Assembly: GCF_037042905.1 (NCBI RefSeq) | Contig: NC_087251.1 | Span: 22,260,001-22,324,000, forward strand | Source: Lytechinus pictus | Lineage: Eukaryota | Length of the DNA: 64,000 nucleotides | Reading direction: 5' to 3' | Shown: piece by piece, positions 12,821-25,920 of the stretch | Numbering within the stretch: position 1 is the stretch's first letter | Layout of the letters: every line of letters begins with the position of its first letter | Program-made: the position numbers and the translations under genes | The notes under the pieces: model-generated | Told to the model about the DNA's origin: nothing | Databases searched by the model: none | What the model saw: only the letters and a program-made list of their open reading frames with translations

Positions 12821-15541
12821 CAGATTACCTATATCAGAAAGTTAGCAGCGGTGAGAATTTACATGTTCTTATTCTGACAATTTTTCAATGTTTATTGTAT
12901 CCAATGCATTAAGCATGCAAGTGAACCAGGTATATTTCAGCATACAGTGTACATGTATTTTCATAACAAGTGTTAAGTGATTTATAGTTGGAGATCCATT
13001 GATTAGCCATTCATATGTTAATAAGAAATTCTTTTGGGAGATGGTGTCTTTATATTGCCACTGTTCTTTTTCTCAGGTAAGATATGGAACTTTGATTTTT
13101 TTAGTGTGATACAGACAAGAAAAACAAAACAAAAAAAACAGACCTACCAAAATCTAAAACTGAGTTTGATTTGCTGTATGATTGCACAGTGACTTTCCCT
13201 CTGAGCAGTTGTAATATTTACAGATAGCACAAAGAAAATCTTATTCAAATACTTGGATATTATGCTGGGTGTTTCATTTGATTTTTATGATCATTACTAC
13301 AACTAGAATTTACTGCTGTATAGCAACACGCAGTTTAAGGGCCCTGAGCCCATGTTTTTCTGAGTTTCACCGTATCATTAAGCATACAATACATTCTATC
13401 TGCAAAAGTTTATAGAATTTAAATTAACATTTTTTTTCAGTAAATGTGCCTTAAAATGTGAACATAATGGCAGGAATTTCAAAATCATTTAAGTGCTAAT
13501 GTTTGTGTGCATGGAGTTAATATATTGTCATATTTATTGGAAAATAGATAAGAAAAATTGAAAATGAAAGAAATAATTTCTTCCATTTTATGAATGTTCT
13601 GTTAGCTTAGTTCCTGATTTGACTGTGTAATTCCAAGTACCATAACAATTAACATAATGTGATGTGTGTTATACAAGAACTGAAAAATATCAATATTTAA
13701 ATGCAGGGATGACCTTCATATTCATAACTTAATTTTGTTTAGAATTTCTGTCCATTTTGAAATTTTTGAAAAAATAACCAAAAAAAGTAGATCGATTTAA
13801 AAGTTGCAATTCACCATCCAGGCTTATGACTACTTTTCAATCAGGCTTTTCTTCTCAAATCATGAACACATTAGCACATAAAATTATAGGACCAGACTGC
13901 TTGTTTTATAAGATTGTTGCTGAATCTATATTGAAGGAATAACTTGTTCATCAGGTATTTTGTTAGAAGTTAAAATCCAATTTTCCATTTAGTACAACTT
14001 AATCCATCAAATATAGCATACATACAATACTTTTTTTCATTCCCAACGTATGGACAATACCTATTCCATTCTGTATTAAAATAAATTCATACAGATATTA
14101 ATACTATATTTACATAGAACATGTGTGTTAAAGAGCACACTCAAATCGTGTGTGCCTGTACTTGTAATTGATCAATAGCAACTTTAAAATTCTCAGATTT
14201 TTATCATGACATGACTGACCAATCTGGATTTCTTCCATTTGTATGTATCCATGTAAAACCTTCTGTTGGAGGTATTTTCCCATTTGACACAATATTATGA
14301 ATAGAAGTGCATCTCAACAGAGATTATTTCACTGCACACAAAATGTAAATGAATTGAAAAGGGAACTGAATTTGAAAAGACACATTATTTTTTTAAATAA
14401 CGCCCTTTTGTAGATAAACACAACTAAAATAGAACGCCCCAAAATAACATAATAAAGAAACAAACGACAAAACTGACATTTCTTGTAAATGAGCAAATGC
14501 ATACTTAGATCATTCCAAATGCCATCCAATTCTAGTGTTCATATTATATTTCACCCAGAAGAGCACACAACTGTAAAGGCCTTATTCAGGTATGATGCCA
14601 CCATGCAACAAAGCTCAGCAACATTTTAAATTGTTCTTTACATAAATGTTTCATTTCATTCCTGTTATGTTGAAGTCTAACAAATTGATCCCAATAAGCC
14701 TGTTCACGGTTGTAAACTGCGCACGAGCAGAAAAAGGTCATTTGAGATAAACCATGAAGGTGGCTTTCAAATTCACTGACATAGGCATTTGTGATTTGAT
14801 GATTATTCATGTATTCCTTTCAAAATATTCATTTTATCACATCCAAGCTGAAGAGTAATAAATGGAGCCTTCATAATCACTGGTATTTGACAGTAGCCTA
14901 AACAATAGTCAAATGTGCCAAAGGCAGACAATAAAACAGATTTCCAAACTTTATCCCTGATGTACTATTCTAGTCACCTCCTGGTCTATACAATGCCTTT
15001 TGTTCTTAGAATTTGAATACTCTACCGATAAAGCTTACGCAACATCTACATTTGAAAATGATAGTGCTTATCCTAATGAAAATTCACACACAAAGGTCAT
15101 TTGAGAAAAGTTGATCATGAGCTAACCGTGAACTGGCTTATTGCAGACAAACTCACAACATCATATGATGTAATGATTCATGTCATATGATGTCATAACA
15201 AAAAATTTCATCTTTATGTGACAAGTATTACTTAAAATAAGAGTAATACGAGTAATACTTAAAAACAAGAATTTGAATGAGATGCAACTATTCACCAAAT
15301 GTTTTTCACAAACATGTTTTGCTCTTAAATATTTTTTACAGGAATTTGATTGTTCAACACTTCAACACTTTTTTGTTTTTAATATAACCAAGATCTAGAG
15401 ACAATACAAAGTCTCTTTATACGCTGAAACATTTTTGTTGATGCCTCATAGATTTTGTACCATAAAAATGTTGCTGAGCTTCAATGATAAGATTTTTCTT
15501 CCTTCCTTTTTTGTTGTTGCTGTGTCTGGACGATCCATAAC

Positions 15542-15547
15542 TTTATT
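15542..15547 (-). terminator. Candidate polyadenylation signal AATAAA of COX7A (second copy at 8735-8740)
   Basis: tttatt on the + strand about 550 nt downstream of the stop codon. Use of this site is not demonstrated. Confidence 0.4.
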
Positions 15548-16092
15548 TGATTGAAATGGAACTTGATTTCCTTTTCATTGCAAGGCACTCTTAGATACCT
15601 AGCACAAAGATCATCAAGGAACACAAAACAAATTCAAACAGCTAAGTCATTAATTTTTATATATCACATTAATTTAATTTCAAGTCCACAAGGTGGGTAC
15701 ACAATATATATTTTTCACATCAGACATTTCCAACTGTACATATATTCACCTTTAGAAAAAGATGTGTTCAGATTAAATATATTAATTAAAACTTTCCCAA
15801 AAGCCCTGCAGAAGGCGATTCATTTCAATTAGGAAAAATATTTGCTTGGTACATAATAATTTGTTGGGCTGCAGAGTGTAATATGAATTGTGTGTCCAAA
15901 ATCCGATGACTTGAGGGAAATTCTGTAAATGCTGTTTATGATCGCTGTATGGTGTGCATAGCTGATGGTCAAACTTCATTGAATCCCTGTAGTATGTACA
16001 ATTAAGTCATCTTCACACACAGAAAAGCAGTTCAAAATGAAGAGAGACATTTTTCTACACACAGTTGGTAGTGTCCTGAGGATTGGTGCTTC

Positions 16093-16230
16093 CTATTTTT
16101 TTGGCATGGCATACTTGAAGAGTGAGAAACAGCTCCATAAAGTGCCCACTGCCGTCAGACCCATGGCGAAGGAGTAGATGGCATAGTCGGACCCTCCCTT
16201 CTTCAAATGGATGGGGTTGCCATCAGGTGC
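16093..16230 (-). CDS. COX7A: COX7A terminal coding exon (proximal copy): APDGNPIHLKKGGSDYAIYSFAMGLTAVGTLWSCFSLFKYAMPKK*
   Basis: ttactag acceptor, phase 0, 45 codons plus TAG. DG.PIHLK.GG.D..IY motif, one transmembrane helix and a PKK C-terminus are COX7A hallmarks. Confidence 0.93.
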   Translation of the reverse strand, partial: APDGNPIHLKKGGSDYAIYSFAMGLTAVGTLWSCFSLFKYAMPKK

Positions 16231-16965
16231 CTAGTAAACACGGGGGAAAAATGAACACCTACAATAAGCGAAAAGGATCATATTCTCCTATTACATTACT
16301 CAAATGGTTACTTTAGTTCCAAAATGTATCAAGTCTTAGTTTATAAACCCTTCAAAAAAAGTTTGGAAATCTGAGTTTGGCCATTAATTTCTCCAAACTC
16401 CCAATTTTACACAATGCATATTTGATATCATTCAAAAGATCATTTAATTCTCTTTAAAATGATACCATGCTAGTCATGATCATGCCATCATGAAAAGAGC
16501 AGGATTCAAAAGTGTTGGATGAGGTCTGAATTTAAAAGCTGCAAAACGAGCAGAAATAGTCATGAAGGGTCAATAAAGAACATGATTCTTTTGTCTGTGT
16601 GAATAGAGGTGAAAATCCATTCAAATCAAGCCCCTGCTTTTTTGTTTTTGATGTTTTGTTGTGGTTTATGTAGTGATGGTTCTGTGAGACAACATGGTTT
16701 GAGTCGTGATTTGAAATACCCATGCATGTTTGTTGTTATGTGTTTGCTTGTGCAGAGGTGTGTTTGATTCCATGTTCATGTTGATGTTAAGGTGCATGAA
16801 AACAAAAGAAACCGCTGAGAAACTCACTCATCACTGTGGAAAAAAAACCCAGTGACTTTCAATATCATGTCATTTTGCACCTTTTGAATTTTGACCTTGC
16901 CCCACATTTCAAGGCACTGCACCTCCATGTGAACCATAATCGCATCATGCAGGTTATCGTTTTAA

Positions 16966-19546
16966 AGTTGAATTAAGAAGGGGGTGAGTTTCCATAAATA
17001 TAGGTTCTACATACAATATATAGTATATATAAGTTGTTCAAACACATAGCATGTCACAATAATCCTCTGCCTTCTCGATATTTTGCTTTGAAAGTCTATG
17101 AAATTAGCCACCTGTCAGAGCCCGAGAGACGAGTGTACAGAAAAGTCACTCGGAGTGTGACGTCACCAGGGGGAATTTAGTATAAGAGGTGCCTGAATGT
17201 CATACAGAAATGCTATGCAGAGAGAGAAAGATATTTTACAATTTTTTTTCAAAGCAACTCAAATCAAACAAATAGGACTGATATGTACAAATCTTTACTT
17301 TCCCTGTATAAAAAACAGTATGAATAACCACCATGAACTCTTCAATCATGATGTAAGATAGCAAACAGTGAGTTATTGAATGATATTTTCACTATTTCTC
17401 ATTTATTTTATCACGATGTTCAATCAAGTGAGTAGCTGGAAAGTAATTCCGGCGGCTAGCTCAGCGCGCGCTGAACGCATAATACTAGTACACACAACAC
17501 CCAGGCATTGAGTGTACTGTTATGGTCTGGTATGTCGACTTAGTTCATGGCCGTGCAGCGATCCCCTGGCGTTTTTTCTTCTTTTCTTTTGTCTTTGACT
17601 CCACTTTTATATCCTCTGGATCATTTCCACTCATAGCTCATTCCACAGAACAATCTTGAACCAAACGTATAGTATTCTCTCTCGGCCTTCTGAGTTGTTT
17701 TCTATATTTAATTACGCTAGGGGTCACCGTCACACATACAAACGCAATTCGGAAGTGAGTTGAAGACAGAAAGATATATAGTAATTAGTATACATCTCTA
17801 TGGTTGAAGACAACAAGAACGGTACGGTAGCTCGACAGCTAGCTGCGCCGGAGCGGGCGGCCGGTCGGCACAAAGCAATTCCGCAACCAACTGTGTTTTT
17901 TTGCAAGAGCCGCGTCACACGCGGATAAATATGTCATAATAACACGTCTGCTACGTTAATTATCGACTGGTGAGAAGATCTCGATCAAATTTCATATTAT
18001 TCACCTTGAAATTATTCCTTTAGGGTCTATGGTATCATTCTGAGGGAATTCACATATTTGGAATAATAGTACGGCCACAAATATTTTAATCATTTCCTCT
18101 TTGCAAGTTCTATGGCTCGCAGATACAACTTCAACTGCAGTTATTCCATATGAAGGAGTACGTGCATAGTACACAAAACGGCACTGCCTTGTTTACTACA
18201 CCGGGACCGAATACCCCCCGGTGACGTCACACTCAAAGAACACCCGTCTCGGTAGGCATTGCAGGAGCGAACTCAGGGAAAATGGGTAGGGATAAATCGT
18301 TCAAATTCACTATTTTGAAAAAAGACAAGTGGAATGCCTCTGGCCGTCTCACCTGCATCACGCGATTCAATATAGCAGCAGTGCTGATTTTGAAAACTAC
18401 TATAACTCGCACAAGATGTTCAGTGATACTTGGTTACTCTTATTTCCACGTTTTATGAACTAGACCAATACACTTATAGAGATATGATGGCAATTCAACA
18501 AATACTCCCAACGTGGCCAAAGTTCTTTGACCTTACATGACCTTTGACCTTGATCATGTGACCTGAAACTCGCACAGGATGTTCAGTGATACTTGATTAC
18601 TATTATGTCCAAGTTTTATGAACTAGACCAACACACTTTCAAATTTATGGCTGTAATTCAACAAATACCCCAATTTGGCCAAAGTTCATTGACCCTAAAT
18701 GACCTTTGACCTTGATCATGTGACCTGAAACTTGCACAGGATGTTCAGTAATACTTGATTACTCTTATGTCCAAGTTTCATGAATCAGATCCGTATACTT
18801 TCAGAGTTAGGATGGTAATTAAACAAATACCCCAACACGGCCAAAGTTCATTGACCTTAAATGACCATTGACCATGGTCATGTGACCTGAAACTCGCACA
18901 GGATATTCAGTGGTACTTAATTAACCTAATGTCCAAGTTTCATGAACTAGATCCATAAATTTTCAAAGTTATGATGGTAATTCAACAAATACCCCCAATT
19001 CGGCCAAAGTTCATTGACCCTAAATGACCTTTGACCTTGGTCATGTGATGTGAAACTCAAGCAGGATGTTCAGTGATACTTGATTAACCTTATGTATAAG
19101 TTTCATGAACTAGGTCCATATATTTTCTAAGTTATGATGACATTTCAAAAACTTAACCTTAGGTTAAGATTTCGATGTTGATTCCCCCAACATGGTCTAA
19201 GTTCATTGACCCTAAATGACCTTTGACCTTGGTCATGTGACATGAAACTCAGGCAGGATGTTCAGTAATACTTGATTAACCTTATGGCCAAGTTTCATGA
19301 ACTAGGTCCATATACTCTCTAAGTTATGCTGTCATTTCAAAAACTTAACCTCAGGTTAAGATTTGGTGTTGACGCCGCCGTCGCCGTCGCCGCCGTCGCC
19401 GTCGGAAAAGCGGCGCCTATAGTCTCACTCTGCTATGCAGGTGAGACAAAAATGGGGGGTCGAATCACCTATTAGTGTTTGGGGGGTTGTAAGGTTGCTA
19501 TTAATGTAAATATCTCAATATTTGGAATCGTCTTCTTAATTCAACT
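16966..19546. mobile_element. Non-autonomous Kolobok-like DNA transposon
   Basis: Perfect 15-bp TIR AGTTGAATTAAGAAG/CTTCTTAATTCAACT with TTAA on both sides (16962-16965, 19547-19550). RR..YY ends plus TTAA TSD is the Kolobok signature. Inverted internal gagtgtgacgtcacc motifs. Confidence 0.8.
18325..19452 (+). mobile_element. HINE-like element copy D (complete), nested in a Kolobok-like element
   Basis: acaagtggaatgcctctggccGTCTCACCTGCAT ... ATGCAGGTGAGACaaaaa with an expanded GCC/GTC microsatellite. Confidence 0.85.
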
Positions 19547-21064
19547 TTAAAGAAACTTAAATTATCTATTCATTGGTATCAATTACACATTAATATTCAC
19601 TAAAACTGAGGAGGGATTATCGATCGAAGTCAGATTTTCAAACTTTTTTGGAGGAGTTTATAAAGGTTTTTGGATGCCATTTGATCTCTTGAAAGAGAGG
19701 GTTAATGTTATCTGCTGTTTACTTTCTTGTCAATATCACATAATTTAGGTTCATGCTGGTTACTAAGAAATAATGTTTGTCTTTTCTTCTTAAATATCAA
19801 ATATACTGTTTCCCCATAAGAATGAAATGCAGATAATGTTGTGTAGAATGAGGTAATGGGGCTATCAAATGGCACCTAATAACCAATCTACTTATGTGTA
19901 TAACTCAGAAAATTTTGAAATTGGTCAAATAATGTAAAGTGGCGTCATTCCTAGATGATTTAATCAGTGTATGCTGATTGATGTACATATGGCAAGCCAT
20001 TATATCAATTTTTTTTTGTTAACAAAAGACAATCATTGATATAAAGAAATGCCTAGGATTAATTGATACATATGCTGGCAATATCGTACAGGTATGTAGG
20101 TGGAAACAGGAACAGACTAAAAATAGAATTAGCAAGAACTTGTATGTAGGAGCATGAAAAGGCAATAAATTACATTCTCTCTCTTGTACCCCGTTTACAT
20201 GTAGATCTCTCTCTATCTTTAGTGTCACACTAGACAATCGTCTGGAATGAACACGGCATGAAATTCCTTATCAAAACACGAGGTACACATGCAAGGGCCC
20301 TTTAGATTAGAACAAACGTCTGTGGTAATCAGGAGACGCGCTGTGATCGTACCTATTCCAGTGATGGGAAAACGCACGCTCAATCAATTCTGAAACATTT
20401 CTAATTTTTCATCTTTTCCAACAACTCCTATGTATTTTTCTGGTTTTATTTTTATCTTTTTTTCTTAAATAAATTTTTATGTATCTCATTGTTTTAATAT
20501 TTTCATCTTTTATTAATTCTTCTTATGTATATTTCGTTCTCTCCTTATGTTTTCTTCTTTATGATTTTCTTACTTATTTCTATAATGTTTTAATTCTTCT
20601 TTCACTCTATTTTCAATCAAATCTTATGTATTTCTATTTTTCAATTCTTTTCTTCTCTTTTCTTCAATCAATTATGTATTTAATCGTTTTGAGTTTTCTA
20701 TATTTCCTTCTATCAATTCTTTTGTATTTCTTTAAAAAAATTTTCTTTCATCTTTTCTTCTGTCGATTCTTATATAATACTTTGTTTTATTTTTCTTTCA
20801 TATTTTCTTCTATCAATTCTTATGTATATTCTTGTTTTAATTCTTTTATCATCTATCAATTCTCATGTATCATATTTGTTCTCTCCATCCATTTTCTTTT
20901 TGATTTCTTATGTATTTCTATGTGTTTTAATTCTTCTTTCATTCTCTTTTTCTTTCAATGTTTGAGCTCTTCTTTTATCATTTGTTCTATTAATTCTTAT
21001 GTATTTCTTTGTTCTAATTTTTCTTCTTTCTTTGTTCTATCATGTTTTGTATTCTATTTTTATT

Positions 21065-21858
21065 TTTTGTGATCTATGAATAAATTTCATATAAATTAAG
21101 CATAAATAATTTTCTAGTCAAAATTTCTACGTAGAACCTTGGTGAACCTCATGTAGCTCTCAGATGGAACAAAAATAATCAAAATCAATCAACAAATAAA
21201 TAAGTATTTTTTGTGAGTTTTGGAAAATATATGAATAAATTAGCATATTTAATGAGTTTCAAAATTCTGTGTTGAAATTTTGTATCACCGCCTTGAGCTA
21301 TCATATAAAGCAAACAAAATTGAAATTGGTCAACAAATGAAGAAAAAACATTTTTTGTGATTTATGAATAAATTTTGCATAAATTAGCATAATTTTCTAG
21401 ACAAATTTTCTAAATTTTGTATATAAGTTTGGTGAACCTCATGCAGATATACCAGATGGAAGAAAAAAAAAAGAAAATTGGTCAACAAATAAAGAAGAGC
21501 TGAAGAGGCATTTTCTCTGATTTATGAATAAATTAGCATAAAGAATTTTCTACTGAAAATTTCAAAATTCTGTGTACAAGTTTGGTGAACCTCATGAAGC
21601 TCTACCAGATGGAAGCAAAAAATTCAAAATCGGTCAACAAATTTAAGTATTTTTTGTGAATTTTGAAAAATGTGCATAAATTAGCATATTTAATGAGTTT
21701 CAAAATTCTGTGTAGAAGTTTTGAATCCCCCACCTAGTGCTATCATATAAAGCAAACAGAATTGAAATCAGACTTGAAATGGCGAAGAAGAAGCATTTCG
21801 AAATTGTGGACGGATGCCACGGCATAAGCTCATCTGGCCCTTCAGGCCGGATGAGCTA
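21065..21858 (+). mobile_element. Second HINE-like family: tandem units ending in a terminal hairpin
   Basis: Repeated ttggtgaacctcatg...cagatggaa units; terminal hairpin AGCTCATCTGGCC-cttca-GGCCGGATGAGCT (21827-21857) followed by AA. Left boundary approximate. Confidence 0.6.
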
Positions 21859-22941
21859 ACAAGTGGAATGCCTCTGGCCGTCTCACCTGCATCACGCGAT
21901 TCAATATAGCAGCAGTGCTGATTTTGAAAACTACTATAACTCGCACAAGATGTTCAGTGATACTTGGTTACTCTTATTTCCACTTGTTATGAACTAGACC
22001 AATACACTTATAGAGATATGATGGCAATTCAACAAATACCCCCAACGTGGCCAAAGTTCTTTGACCTTACATGACCTGAAACTCGCACAGGATGTTCAGT
22101 GATACTTGATTAGTCTTATGTCCAAGTTTCAAGAGTCAGATCCATCAACTTTCAAAGTTATGATGGTAATTCAACAGATACCCCCATTATGGCCAAAGTT
22201 CATTGACCTTTGACCTTGGTCATGTGACCTAAAATGTGCACAGGATGTTCAGTGATACTTGATTACTCTTATGTCCAAGTTTTATGAACTAGACCAACAC
22301 ACTTTCAAATTTATCGCTGTAATTCAACAAATACCCCAATTTGGCCAAAGTTCATTGACCCTAAATGACCTTTGACCTTGATCATGTGACCTGAAACTTG
22401 CACAGGATGTTCAGTAATACTTGATTACTATTATGTCCAAGTTTCATGAATCAGATCCATAAACTTTCAAAGTTATGATGGTAATTCAACAGATACCCCC
22501 AATTCGGCCAAAGTTCATTGACCCTAAATGACCTTTGACCTTGGTCATGTGACGTGAAACTCATGCAGGATGTTTAGCGATACTCGATTAACCTTATGTA
22601 TAAGTTTCATGAACTAGGTCCATATATTTTTTAAGTTATGATGACATTTCAAAAACTTAACCTTAGGTTAAGATTTTGATGTTGATTCCCCCAACATGGT
22701 CTAAGTTCATTGACCCTAAATGACCTTTGACCTTGGTCATGTGACATGAAACTCAGGCAGGATGTTCAGTAATACTTGATTGACCTTATGGCCAAGTTTC
22801 ATGAACTAGGTCCATATACTTTCTAAGTTATGCTGTCATTTCAAAAACTTAACCTCAGGTTAAGATTTGGTGTTGACGCCGCCGCCGCCGTCGGAAAAGC
22901 GGCACCTATAGTCTCACTCTGCTATGCAGGTGAGACAAAAA
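21859..22941 (+). mobile_element. HINE-like element copy E (complete)
   Basis: Same termini and subterminal IRs as copy D. Confidence 0.85.
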
Positions 22942-23163
22942 TGGGTGTCCTCTCCGCAGCACATACCCACCATGCATCATATACAGAGTGCTGCCCCCCC
23001 CCCCTGGGATACATACACATACATAGCCAGTTACTCAAGATTGTTATTCTAAATGTGTATCCCCTCTCTCCAAACCAGATAAAAAAGAAGGAAAGTCATG
23101 ATTTTTAAATGTAGTTATTTTGTGGTGGTGGGTTAAATACAAAGACATTTCCTTACAACATAC

Positions 23164-23262
23164 CTGGAATCTTGCTTGGGATTCTTTCACTTTATTTTCA
23201 ATTTGTGTCCTTGCCGAGGTAGAGAAATTCTTGCCTGCCCTTGGGACAAGACTTCGTACAGC
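23164..23262 (-). CDS. COX7A: COX7A coding exon 2: AVRSLVPRAGKNFSTSARTQIENKVKESQARFQ
   Basis: Branch-like CTAAT, T-rich tract and tgcag acceptor; 99 nt; CAG|gtatgt donor; phase 0/0. FSTSAR...ENKV.E.Q..FQ is the COX7A presequence and mature N-terminus. Confidence 0.93.
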
Positions 23263-24302
23263 CTGCATTAACAACAACAAAAATAAAAGAAAATTAAAAC
23301 TTTTTAGATTAGATTTTGTTAGCCCTTTTATTAAACGTGTAAAGCCTAAAGACACTTTTCATGATAAATAAGTAATGCGAAAAGCTGGCAGCGCGTCATT
23401 TCATATTGTTTTTCTTTTCACACATGCTGTAATTTGGTACATCATTGTAGTACGTATGCAAAAAGAGTTCTACTTTAATACCTGTCAAGCTACTTTCAAA
23501 CATATATATTCAATCATAATTGATAACAGCAAAAATCGTAAAGTATTAATTATGAATGACTAAAAACAGTTCTCAAGCTCATGATGAGCGCAACTGTGGA
23601 GCCCTGGTTTATAGCAACTAGCCTAACCAGGACTAACCTTGCACTGACGAGTAAAGTGAGTGGACAGAAATAGACTGATTTATTTAGTAAATTAATTGAT
23701 TAATTTCATTTAGCACGTCACCACAACATCTATAACATAGCAATAAAAACAGGCTTGCACAGGATGACCCTCGAAAGCTTATTTCCAGTGGGGTCCTCCT
23801 CGACATGTATAGAATTACGATAATAAAATGGTAAACTTATATTATTAACACAAAGAAAACCAAGAATATACTATTAGCAATAAATAAGATATAAAGATTA
23901 TAAAGAAGAAAAGAAAAAGGAGATAAAGAAGAAGAAAAAAAATAAGAGGGACAAAGAAGAAGAAGAGGGAAGAAGAAGAAAAAAGAAGGAAGAAGAAAAG
24001 GAGGAATAGAAAAAGAAAGAGGAGAAGGAGAATTACAGAAGAAAAAGGATGATGAAGAAAAAGAATGAGAAGAACACTCAACAGCAAAAAAAAAACAACA
24101 ACCAGCAACCGCAATAATAACATGAAGAGAAGAATAGAAGAGAGAAAATAAAAAGAAGGAATAGAAGAAAGGACATATCAATAAAAAAACTTCAATCATA
24201 CTAGACTATGTAAAATAAATAATACCTGGCAGAGGAGAAAAGAACATGGTCAGTATTCAGGCTAAATCAACCGTATAACATATCCTTTGCAACTTCTCAT
24301 GA

Positions 24303-25197
24303 GGGCCGTCTGCACCATCCCGAAGTTTCAAATTAGCGCGCTATTTCTGATCCGGCAAATTATCCCGATCTGAAAAATCTCGAGATAGTTGGCGGTGCAG
24401 ACGCAATTATCGCGCTAGTTCGTAGGATTAATCTCGAGATTGCAATCCCAAGTCAACTCGGGTTTATTTGCAAAATAGCGCGCTATTTTACGAATTATCC
24501 CGCTAATTCGTCGGTGCAGACGCACTCGAGATTGGACTCGGGGTAATTTATTCATGACGTCAGTCCATAATGCAATTCGCGTTGTTCCACTTCCGCCTTG
24601 GTCAAAACATAAACACGTGCGAAAGTCAACTTTATACATGCGAATAGCGTTCATAAGCAACGATGGTGTCCCCACCAGTGAATGGATTTTGGGAGAGACC
24701 CCGGGAGAGACCAGACCGAAGGGGGAGGCGCTCATCGCATCGACGATGGTCATATTCAATAACAACACTGACAGCAGTGTTGTCTTATTCCTTCTCAAAA
24801 TGTGAGCAAATAGCATTTCTTTCCTCCTTCTCCCTCTCTCTCTCTCTGTCGTTGCCTCCTACTCCGCCATCATATTTCACGAAGAATACATCACTTCTTC
24901 ACTCGCTGAGCTGAAAGGATTGTTGCATAACACCGGTTGAATTCGGCGAAAGTACTAGTGAAAGGAGTTCATTGCTTGCATATCGCGGGAAGTTATTCAA
25001 AAGCGCGGGCCGTTGAAACTCCAAGATCCGAAAGTGCGCATGCCCGGAATATCGGGCTTGTTGCCTCGCTCGAGCAGATATAGCTCCTCGTGGGATGGTG
25101 CAGACGGGGTTTCTTGAATCTCGAGATTAATCGCGAAGAGGGCTGATCGGGCTAAAATCTCGAGATTGAGCAAACTCGGGATGGTGCAGCACCGCCT
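24303..25197. mobile_element. Non-autonomous PIF/Harbinger-like element
   Basis: Imperfect TIR GGCCGTCTGCACCATCCCGA / TCGGGATGGTGCAGCACCGCC, multiple internal gtgcagacg and aatctcgagatt repeats. TSD unclear. Confidence 0.6.
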
Positions 25198-25920
25198 TTT
25201 GACTCTCAAGTGAAAGATAATCTTTCAATTTCCTCTTAAAATGGAAAAAGTTTTCTATTCCTTTAGGTCACTAGGAAGATAATTCCAAATTTCCAATGCT
25301 TTTTATAGCATTGCAATAAAAGAAGTTACCAATACATATTGAGTGATTGGATTACCGACCAGCCTTGTATAACCGAACACACATGTCAGAAAATGATTTC
25401 ATATGCTCAGAACTTTGCAACATCCTGCAAAAGGGAACTTGAATAGAAAAAAATGATGAAAAATGGTCAAAAACACATTTTCAAAGTCTTTATATTCACA
25501 AAATAATAAGAATATTGTAAAAATAGCTCATCAGTAATTTTGTTGTTTTCTCAACTTTTCCTATAGGGTCTAAAAAAACACACATTCAGTAGCTAGGCAC
25601 TAGATCTAGATACCGTATGGCAAGTTCCCCCAAGGCCCAACAGTCCCCCTTGGCCTTGTCTGCGCATACGCATACATGTATCTGCGCTATTCTCGAAAAA
25701 AGAAGATACACAACGAACACAAAATATACACATGTAATACAAACATGTACAGTAGATCTAGACAGATTTTCATAAAAAATCTGACTCAAAATGGTTTAAA
25801 AATAATGAATTTAGGGCATTTCATGCGACGGCCTCAAAAAGCATAAAATGCAGCCTTTCTCATCAAAATCCCTGGATCGCCTGCAAAGTGAATGGGTGCA
25901 TAGATAAGATTATGCACAGA

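Larger units (their letters stand above)
5629..19249. repeat. Direct tandem segmental duplication, unit 6,807 bp (5629-12442 = 12436-19249)
   Basis: Eight ORF translations recur identically at constant offset 6807, and spot checks show no differences. Identity starts after mismatch 5628/12435 and ends before mismatch 12443/19250. Confidence 0.97.

Noticed and set aside
23044..23355. 103-aa ORF, or MQAVRS start, as the full protein
   Set aside because: Only 23164-23262 is COX7A-like, and the ATG overlaps the tgcag acceptor.
24226..24247. Nearer COX7A exon-1 candidates (24226-24247; donors at 29857 and about 35010)
   Set aside because: Wrong phase or no in-frame ATG for the phase-0 exon 2.
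24415..24816. 133-aa ORF as a transposase
   Set aside because: No catalytic motifs; it crosses the element's internal repeats and is at most a decayed remnant.
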